The notes under the pieces are model-generated. The model was not told the DNA's origin and searched no databases. It saw only the letters and a list, made by a program, of their open reading frames with translations. Positions 38,294-45,394 of a stretch of 64,000 nt of DNA are shown here, one piece after another (within the stretch, counting starts at the first letter, position 1; the number at the start of each line of letters is the position of its first letter). Source of the stretch: Gammaproteobacteria bacterium (lineage in GTDB: Bacteria; Pseudomonadota; Gammaproteobacteria; Eutrophobiales; Eutrophobiaceae); assembly GCA_026710545.1 (NCBI GenBank), contig JAPOQU010000011.1, positions 1,155 through 65,154 of the forward strand, read 5' to 3'. The translations under genes were made by a program, and so were the position numbers.

Positions 38294-39175
38294 TTGCCAG
38301 GCAGGCTTGAAGGAAACACCTATTCGCTCATGGACACACAGAACCTGATTGAAGCCGGCAGGCTCGCCGAAGGAAAAGACCCTTTTGAGGCGACGATGAT
38401 CCTGAACCACAAACGCGCCATAGAGATGTTGGTTCAGGAGGTGGAATACGTGGATTTCAACATGTATACCTTCCTGAGCCTGCACGCCGTATTGTCGGAC
38501 AGTTTAATGAGCGACCCGGATGACAGCGGGCGCTTGCGGAACAAGATCGTTGAGATAGGCGGGTCTGTTTACATGCCGTTGGCGGTCCCCCAACAGGTAG
38601 AGCAGTATTTCAGGCTGATTCTGGACAAGGCAAAGGCCATCGACGACCCGTTTGAGCAGGCGTTTTTCCTGATGGTTCATATCCCGTACCTGCAGCCTTT
38701 TACCGATGTCAATAAGCGGGTGGCGCGGCTGGGCGCCAACATCCCGCTGATCAAAAACAGGCTGTGTCCGTTATCGTTCGTTGGCGTCCCCAAAAAAATC
38801 TATATTGAAGGGATGCTGGGCGTGTACGAACTGAACCAGCCCGACCTGCTGATGGACGTGTTCGTCTGGGCCTATGAACGGTCATGCCAACGGTACAATC
38901 TCTCAAAGGACCCTGCCGTCAAGCCCGATCCGTTCAGGCATAAATACAGGCCGATAATTGAATCAGTCATAAGCCGCATCGTCAAGGACAGGCTTGCATC
39001 CACTGCGGAATCCATTGCAAGCCTGACAGAAGGCCGTGTCCCTGATGAAGATATCGACAGGTTCATTGCTCTGGTTGACGATGAATTGCGCCGCCTGCAT
39101 GAGGCGGCACTGGCGCGATACAGGCTTCGGGTACCGGAATTTATCGAGTGGAAACAGATGCAGTCGGCGCGGTGA
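38294..39175 (+). CDS. Fic/Doc-family protein with a degenerate active-site motif, probably N-terminally truncated
   Basis: QPFTDVNKRVAR sits at the position of the Fic motif HPFx(D/E)GNGRxxR and resembles the Doc variant HxFxDxNKR, but with Gln for the catalytic His. The ORF begins at a TTG inside the LEGNTYSL helix. Confidence 0.6.
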   Translation: MPGRLEGNTYSLMDTQNLIEAGRLAEGKDPFEATMILNHKRAIEMLVQEVEYVDFNMYTFLSLHAVLSDSLMSDPDDSGRLRNKIVEIGGSVYMPLAVPQQVEQYFRLILDKAKAIDDPFEQAFFLMVHIPYLQPFTDVNKRVARLGANIPLIKNRLCPLSFVGVPKKIYIEGMLGVYELNQPDLLMDVFVWAYERSCQRYNLSKDPAVKPDPFRHKYRPIIESVISRIVKDRLASTAESIASLTEGRVPDEDIDRFIALVDDELRRLHEAALARYRLRVPEFIEWKQMQSAR

Positions 39176-39438
39176 TCACCGGCAGCGGCAACCTCAAGGT
39201 GCGGTACGTCATCCATGCCGTCGGTCCGCACAAGGGAGACGGGGACGAGGAGGAAAAACTCAGGAACGCGACACTGAACAGTCTGAAAGTCGCAGATGAA
39301 AATGGCCTGAAAAGCATCGGGTTTCCGGCCATCAGCACCGGTGTATTCGGTTTCCCGATTGAACGCTGCACGGAGATTATGCTTTCCAATACGATAAGCT
39401 ACCTGCAAAAAGAAACTGGCTCTGGTAGTATCCAATGA
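39163..39438 (+). pseudogene. macro-domain gene fragment 3 (3' two-thirds), abutting the Fic-like gene
   Basis: Encodes AVITGSGNLKVRYVIHAVGPHKGDGDEEEKLRNATLNSLKVADENGLKSIGFPAISTGVFGFPIERC... Confidence 0.85.
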
Positions 39439-39854
39439 CATAGTTTCTGGCAAATATGGTCATTCTTCAGCAGATAACAGTCATCCTGTTATTCAAACTT
39501 GCCGGAGCATCAGTATTTTTCTGGCGATATGGTATCATCCATCAGGAGTTAGGATATTCTTTGCTGATACCGATGATAGGTGGTAAATCAATTTTTAATT
39601 TTTTTGTGAAATACGGCTACACTCTTTAGGTGAGAATTTCGCAGGTCACGAGAGATAACCTTCTAAAGAAGGTAGGTTGTATGATACTGATTACCAAAAT
39701 TGTTGTTGAAACACCAAAGACAACATACCGAAGGTTCTTTCAAAACATAATAGTTGCATGACGGACGGAAATTCCAGCGTCAATTCACAAATTTCTGAAC
39801 AGAGCTACGAATAAAAGATGGAATGAGTCTGATGCTAAAGCTGAAATAGCTTAC

Positions 39855-40256
39855 TTGGTAAATAATTTTGATCCTGCGCAATTATTTCATATTGAACAGG
39901 CGATTAATCATGGCATTTCGTTGGTTACTGAATGGCTCCCCAAGTATAAATTTAAGGATTGGAAAGTTACAGAAGCAAAGGGAGATACAGTTACCTCACA
40001 GATGAAGAAAGATCGAGCTAAAAAAATTGCCCAAGTACTCGGAAATGCAAAAAAGTGGCACTCACATGGACGCGGCATTTCAATGAAAGATCTATCAGGT
40101 CCAGAAATTAAGTTAAAAATCGACAACTTCGGAGATGACGAAAATTTAAACCAGTTGATAAGACATTATCATGGTCTGTGTGTTGATTATTATACAAATA
40201 AAAGTGGTATTCGAGGTTATATCCATTCACCACAGGGTATGAGGAGGGTGTTATGA
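39855..40256 (+). pseudogene. probable C-terminal fragment of an SDH-family Clp-fold serine protease gene
   Basis: The segment KKIAQVLGNAKKWHSHGRGISMKDL...NLNQLIRHYH resembles the C-terminal third of that family (from memory). The catalytic N-terminal part is absent. Confidence 0.4.
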
Positions 40257-40447
40257 AAAAAGAAAGTCAACTCAAAAATAAGCAACAGGAAAATCCTTAT
40301 GAAAAGGTTTTTGATGATGCTAACCGCTTGCTCAAGCAGTTCAGCGACTTGGAATACCTGCATAATATTCCTGATATTCATAAGCCTGAGCGCCCAGGCA
40401 TCCCATTCCCGTACGGCAGCAATGCTAAAAGACCTTATAATTTTTAA
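40253..40447 (+). CDS. small hypothetical protein
   Basis: 64-aa ORF with an ATGA overlap onto the preceding ORF. No motif recognised. Confidence 0.3.
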   Translation: MKKESQLKNKQQENPYEKVFDDANRLLKQFSDLEYLHNIPDIHKPERPGIPFPYGSNAKRPYNF

Positions 40448-40460
40448 ATAGGGAATCAAA

Positions 40461-40517
40461 TGCCCGGTCGGCGGCGCGCTGCTCACCGCTGGCGACAATC
40501 TCAAGGCGCGTCACGTC
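40461..40517 (+). pseudogene. macro-domain gene fragment 4 (57 nt)
   Basis: Encodes CPVGGALLTAGDNLKARHV. It ends at and overlaps the vapC stop codon. Confidence 0.7.
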
Positions 40518-40924
40518 CAGTCCACCCAATCCTCAAATGACAACCCCTTTATCCGGTTAAATTCTTTAGTGTTGTGGGTGACGAGTATTACATCTTCTGC
40601 AAGGGCATGGCAGGCAATCCACAAATCATTCGCGCCGACAGGCATGCCGCTTTCCTTAAGGTAGGTAAAATGAGCGGCATATTGTTCACATAAAGTACGA
40701 TTAACGTGATAAATCACGGGAACCTGCCTGACTAATTGACCCAGTTGGCGCAATACCCTGTGTTTGCGCGTACTGCGCTCTGCTCCTTTAAGCATTTCCG
40801 CATAGGTAAAAAAAGACATGCATAGCTGGGCATCCTCTCCCAGCTTGTTGAAGCGTTGCGCTACTGACACAGGCCTGTTCTTGAGCAGGTAAATCAGGAT
40901 ATTCGTATCCAGCATATACCTCAT
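40511..40924 (-). CDS. vapC: VapC PIN-domain ribonuclease toxin
   Basis: MLDTNILIYLLKNRP..., a 137-aa PIN pattern. It overlaps vapB by 4 nt. Confidence 0.85.
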   Translation of the reverse strand: MRYMLDTNILIYLLKNRPVSVAQRFNKLGEDAQLCMSFFTYAEMLKGAERSTRKHRVLRQLGQLVRQVPVIYHVNRTLCEQYAAHFTYLKESGMPVGANDLWIACHALAEDVILVTHNTKEFNRIKGLSFEDWVDWT

Positions 40925-41175
40925 AAGTCTTCCCTTTCCTGCACTGTAGGCTGAGTCCGATAATTTTCTTCAAGTATTTCAACAAACTCATCATCAAACG
41001 CTGACAATGCATTAAGCAGCGCAGTCCCGCGATTTTCAGGTATTGCATGGATCACAAGGTCGCCATCTCTATTCCGGGTAATTTCAACTTGTGAAGTATT
41101 CAATCTGAATTCCTGCGGAATACGTACCGCCTGGCTATTGCCGTTCATGAATACCCGGCTATTTAATGTAGTCAT
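40921..41175 (-). CDS. vapB: VapB (AbrB/SpoVT-type) antitoxin
   Basis: FMNGNSQAVRIPQEFRL is the swapped-hairpin motif. It lies directly upstream of vapC. Confidence 0.8.
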   Translation of the reverse strand: MTTLNSRVFMNGNSQAVRIPQEFRLNTSQVEITRNRDGDLVIHAIPENRGTALLNALSAFDDEFVEILEENYRTQPTVQEREDL

Positions 41176-41271
41176 CTAAATCTCTTGTGTGTACACTTCT
41201 GTGTGTATTCTAGGTAGGAAACGATCAAAACACAAGTAGCTTGTTCGGTGTTTTGACCGGATTTATGTAAA

Positions 41272-41362
41272 TGGAATCGCTGGACTGCGACCACCTGCAG
41301 GCCAACCTGGCCTGCGGGGACCAGGACGGACCCTGGGCAGGCAGGGTGAAAGAGCGGATCAG
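41272..41362 (+). pseudogene. duplicated 3' fragment of the esterase gene
   Basis: GACTGCGACCACCTGCAGGCCAACCTGGCCTGCGGGGACCAGGACGGACCCTGGGC closely matches 32897..32958 at the 3' end of the intact esterase gene. Confidence 0.8.
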
Positions 41363-41424
41363 GCCTGTTAAGCCGTCCTCGCTACCATGCGTTTCTCAGC
41401 TTAGTACCTGTGTTTTCATATCAT

Positions 41425-41829
41425 CTACTTTCTATTCCTGCCAATAATGAAAGTCGAGGCAAGACCAATAACCACACTGCTTCCTATGACCATGGCCGCC
41501 CATTGCAACCCTGAAATTGCAATATAACCGCCTGTTAAAATTCCCAGTGAACAGATAATTAACGCAAAGATATGCCCTCTCTTGGCTTCTTTGTATTCAT
41601 TGGAGATGATCAGTTGTTCCGTATCATGGCGATGGCCGGTTTCTCTTTCCGCCATTGCGATAATACGCTCAGCGGCGCCCGGCGTTATCTGGTTATACTT
41701 TTCCAGCGTATCAGGTGGAGGAATAGGGCCACTGAACTGCTCCGTGACCTGAATAACTTGCTGTTTATTTTGTCGTTGTACGGTTGACTGTCTTTTTTTG
41801 ACAGGTGCTTTACCTTGTCGTCCTCTCAT
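41425..41829 (-). CDS. DUF2335-like membrane protein
   Basis: PPPDTLEKYNQITPGAAERIIAMAERETGHRH followed by two TM helices. The family call is from memory. Confidence 0.55.
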   Translation of the reverse strand: MRGRQGKAPVKKRQSTVQRQNKQQVIQVTEQFSGPIPPPDTLEKYNQITPGAAERIIAMAERETGHRHDTEQLIISNEYKEAKRGHIFALIICSLGILTGGYIAISGLQWAAMVIGSSVVIGLASTFIIGRNRK

Positions 41830-42004
41830 GCTCGTACTTCCCTGTCGCGGTTCTTATATCATTACCTATGCGTTCCCAATCATGGTAAAGCGCTTCTGCT
41901 GCGGACTGTTGCAAAAACCTTTCTCTCATCTTTGATGACGTATCCGGATGTAACTGCAATACAGATGTTGCTCCTCGCAACCAGTTCTTTAATTTTTCGC
42001 CCAT
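41810..42004 (-). CDS. small hypothetical protein
   Basis: 64-aa ORF overlapping the start of the DUF2335-like gene. No motif recognised. Confidence 0.3.
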   Translation of the reverse strand: MGEKLKNWLRGATSVLQLHPDTSSKMRERFLQQSAAEALYHDWERIGNDIRTATGKYEHERTTR

Positions 42005-42147
42005 AACAATAAGTTGATTTCAACTGTCCGTACCTTAGTAATTATACCAATGCTTCAATCATATTCAATAACCACTACGGCCACTGGACAGAACGGACAA
42101 CGAAGTGGATAAGGGGGCGCAGATGTAATATTCTGGAAGAAGGCAAA

Positions 42148-42672
42148 ATGCAAATACAAATCAACAATAAAACCCTGCAACTCGCCGAAGGCGATATCAC
42201 CGAACTCCACACCGACGCCATCGTCAATGCGGCCAATACCTCGCTCATATTAGGCGCGGGAGTGGCCGGCGCCATTCGCGCCAAAGGCGGCCCTGCCATC
42301 CAGCAGGAATGCGATGAAATCGGCGGCTGTCCGGTAGGCGGCGCGGTAATCACCGGCGGCGGCAACCTCAAGGCGCGGCACGTCATCCATGCCGTCGGCC
42401 CGCGCAAGGGAGAAGGGGACGAAGAGGAAAAACTCAGGAACGCGACACTCAACAGCCTGAGAGTCGCAGACGAAAACGGCCTGAAAAGCATCGGGTTTCC
42501 GGCCATCAGTACGGGCGTTTTTGGTTTTCCGATTGAACGCTGCGCGGAGATCATGCTATCCGCCACGATAGATTACCTGCGGGGAGAAACCGGGCTGGTG
42601 AGAGTGGTTTTCTGTTTGTATGGGGAGGAGGCGTTCAGGGTTTTTGAGGGGGTTTTGGAGAAAATCCATTAA
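42148..42672 (+). CDS. stand-alone macro-domain protein (YmdB-like O-acetyl-ADP-ribose deacetylase family), the intact copy
   Basis: [42 protein letters not shown] and GFPAISTGVFGFP. Confidence 0.85.
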   Translation: MQIQINNKTLQLAEGDITELHTDAIVNAANTSLILGAGVAGAIRAKGGPAIQQECDEIGGCPVGGAVITGGGNLKARHVIHAVGPRKGEGDEEEKLRNATLNSLRVADENGLKSIGFPAISTGVFGFPIERCAEIMLSATIDYLRGETGLVRVVFCLYGEEAFRVFEGVLEKIH

Positions 42673-42677
42673 ATGGA

Positions 42678-44492
42678 TTGGGCTCTATTGATGTACTATC
42701 ATTGAGAACCGTGAACTATTATTCAGAAAATGCGCCGAGTCTGGTCTCAAAGTATAATTCCCTGAAGCCCGAATCTCTGCACGCGTCCTGGTTCAGTTTA
42801 ATTCCAGATGACCCGGGCATTGCCCTAGACATAGGCGCTGGCAGTGGGCGCGATGCATACTGGCTGGCTGAAAAAGGCTGGGACGTGATTGCCGTTGAGC
42901 CATGCAGGGAGTTTCGGGAACTGGCCAAACCGCGGGAACTGGCCAAACCGGATAGTCATGCTAACGTCATATGGCAGGATGATGAACTGCCCGAACTGAA
43001 ATCCCTCCGTACTGCCGGTCATCGATTCAATTTGATATTGTTGAGCGCCGTATGGATGCATGTATTGCCGAACAAGAGAGAGCGAGCATTCCGTATCATC
43101 AGCGAACTACTGGCGCCAGGAGGAATTCTGGTATTCACGCTACGTTACGGCACTGATGAGCGGGAAAACCTTGACAGAGGTTTCCATCCGGTCAGTAGTG
43201 GAGAACTGGAAAAATACGCTAAACAGCGTGCTTTGGCGCAGGTGTTTTATGAAGGATCAGAGGACCATCTGGCCAGGTCAAACGTTCGCTGGGAGACTCT
43301 GGTCTTTCAATTGCTGGACGATGGCACGGGCAGCCTGCCGCTGTTGCGCCACATCATCGTCAATGACGACAAGTCAGCCACCTATAAGTTGGGTTTGTTG
43401 CGCGCCTTGATACGTATAGCGGAAGGGGCACCGGGGATGGTGACCAAGCGTACCGATGATACTGTTGAGATACCCTTTGGATTAGTCGGGTTATACTGGA
43501 TCAAGCTCTATATGCCCCTGGTGCTGAAACACGGCCTTATCCAGTCTCCAAGCCATAAACCATTGGAGAAAAAAGGGCTTGGTTTCGCAAAAGAACATTT
43601 CTATCAGTTAGCGAGGTTTTCGTCGTTTGACCTGCGAATTGGCGCAATGTTTGACGCTGAGCACACCCGCCCCGTAGTTGGCGCAATCAGGGACGTTTGT
43701 AAAAATATTCAGGATATGCCTGCGAACTACATTACTTACCCCGGCAGAAGCGATCAGGTTTTTAACTGTGAAAGGCAAACGGTACGTTCAAAAAACGACA
43801 AGCCCTGGCGCATCGATAAGCAAACTCTGGCTGATTTTGGAGTCTTCGTAATACCAGCCAGCGTATGGCAATGTCTGGGACAATATGCCTGCTGGTTGGA
43901 ACCGGTTATCATCAACGAGTGGGCAAGGCTGATGCAGGGATACGATATAAAAAATAATGATTACAAATTCGGTGTCCCGCAATGGGCCATTTCGGGTCGG
44001 CACATCGCCGACCAGAGTCCTGATTCCAGGAAGGATTATTGCGAGGCGTTGCAATGGGAGGAAGGTCACCGTGATACCGAACCGGTACGCAAACGAGTGC
44101 AGGAGCTTCGGCAAAACGGCGAATCTGTCTATTGTGTCTGGACCAACGCAAGGCTGAAAGAGCGTTATGAGGTTGATCATTGCTTCCCCTGGAGTCGATG
44201 GTACAACAACGATCTCTGGAATTTGATGCCTGCGAGCACAACGGCTAACGGGAAAAAAAGAGAGAAGTTGCCGTCAGCGCCTTTATTGCATCACTCCCAA
44301 GGCCGTATTACAGACTGGTGGAACTCGGCTTATATTAACGGCAGGATGAAAGAACAATTCCTGCTGGAAGCCGCATCCACTCTACCTTTGGTGGATGATG
44401 GGATGATGGATTTGACTGCCATTTTTGAAGCCGTGATGCACCAGCGTGCAAAATTGAAAGCGAATCAACAATTAGCGGAGTGGTTGGGCTGA
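42678..44492 (+). CDS. fusion protein: class-I SAM-dependent methyltransferase + unknown central domain + C-terminal HNH nuclease
   Basis: SAM motif I is LDIGAGSGRDAYWLAEKGWDVIAVEP. The HNH motif is YEVDHCFPWSRWYNNDLWNLMPASTTANGKKREKLP. The apparent TTG start lies 5 nt after the macro stop. Confidence 0.7.
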   Translation: MGSIDVLSLRTVNYYSENAPSLVSKYNSLKPESLHASWFSLIPDDPGIALDIGAGSGRDAYWLAEKGWDVIAVEPCREFRELAKPRELAKPDSHANVIWQDDELPELKSLRTAGHRFNLILLSAVWMHVLPNKRERAFRIISELLAPGGILVFTLRYGTDERENLDRGFHPVSSGELEKYAKQRALAQVFYEGSEDHLARSNVRWETLVFQLLDDGTGSLPLLRHIIVNDDKSATYKLGLLRALIRIAEGAPGMVTKRTDDTVEIPFGLVGLYWIKLYMPLVLKHGLIQSPSHKPLEKKGLGFAKEHFYQLARFSSFDLRIGAMFDAEHTRPVVGAIRDVCKNIQDMPANYITYPGRSDQVFNCERQTVRSKNDKPWRIDKQTLADFGVFVIPASVWQCLGQYACWLEPVIINEWARLMQGYDIKNNDYKFGVPQWAISGRHIADQSPDSRKDYCEALQWEEGHRDTEPVRKRVQELRQNGESVYCVWTNARLKERYEVDHCFPWSRWYNNDLWNLMPASTTANGKKREKLPSAPLLHHSQGRITDWWNSAYINGRMKEQFLLEAASTLPLVDDGMMDLTAIFEAVMHQRAKLKANQQLAEWLG

Positions 44493-44551
44493 AGTTTGTG
44501 TTTGCAACTCCCGAAGCGGCGCTTATATTTACTTGGTTTTGCTTGGATTGT

Positions 44552-45394
44552 CTACTTGTGACAAGCTAAACAAACCTTTGTCTGTCCATATAAATCATCA
44601 ATATCCAGCGGGTCGTAATCAGGCCGTAGTGGATTAGGTTGTATTTTGGCGCGCATACGTAGAAGACGTTGTTCGTGTTCCTGCTGGATTTGCTGTACCC
44701 GCTCGGGTTTTTCCAGTTCTTCCAGTGGTTCGCCTTGACTCCAAGTGAATGGGGAACCTTGGTCCAGAGAATTTTTTTCGTAAGCTTTGGCTTCCTTAAA
44801 TGCTTCGGGATGGTGTTCTTTCAATCGGACCCATTCGATTTTCTGCTGGAAAAAACAGAATGTACACCCGCTACGGGTTCGCCATGCATAGTATGTCGGC
44901 AAACCAAGGCCCGCTCCGTCAAGAATTTCAAGCACGCCAAGCTTATCAATGCCTGTTTCCCTAAAAGGTAGTCGTACTATAAGCCGCTCGTTTTTGGATG
45001 CATAGCCTTCGCGATATTCCTCATCCGAACGGATAGCGACATAGCTGTAGATCGTTTCCCCGTCTTCAAGCTTGGGGCGCAGCCAGTGTTCGAATGGCCG
45101 CAGTTTCAGTTGTCTGGTACACCAGCGGCTTTGCGGTGACGGCAGAAAATCATTGTACTGCTTAAGCCAGAAGTCGAATTCCCGGTCTGGATTCAGTCGT
45201 AAGATCGGCTGCCCCAGAAAACCTTCCAGGCGCCCGAGATATTCATACACTTCCGGCAGTTCTTTACCGGTGTCCGTGAAAAAATATTCAATATCCAGTT
45301 CCGGGTGATGTTGCCGCATATATACGGCCAAGGCCGCACTGTCTCGACCACCTGACAAGCCCAACACATGCCGCTCATTGGCAACGATACTCAT
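44552..45394 (-). CDS. PP-loop ATP pyrophosphatase of the PAPS-reductase family (DndC/SspD/BrxP-like)
   Basis: PP-loop LSGGRDSAA, RWCTRQLK, the Cys cluster SGCTFCFF and a C-terminal CLAC. Its ATG overlaps the stop of the upstream ATPase (ATGA). Confidence 0.75.
   Translation of the reverse strand: MSIVANERHVLGLSGGRDSAALAVYMRQHHPELDIEYFFTDTGKELPEVYEYLGRLEGFLGQPILRLNPDREFDFWLKQYNDFLPSPQSRWCTRQLKLRPFEHWLRPKLEDGETIYSYVAIRSDEEYREGYASKNERLIVRLPFRETGIDKLGVLEILDGAGLGLPTYYAWRTRSGCTFCFFQQKIEWVRLKEHHPEAFKEAKAYEKNSLDQGSPFTWSQGEPLEELEKPERVQQIQQEHEQRLLRMRAKIQPNPLRPDYDPLDIDDLYGQTKVCLACHK

Noticed and set aside
42148-42672. Macro-domain protein as a DarG-type antitoxin of a DarTG system
   Set aside because: No DarT-like ORF is adjacent. 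The protein is a 174-aa stand-alone YmdB-like macro domain rather than the longer two-domain DarG.
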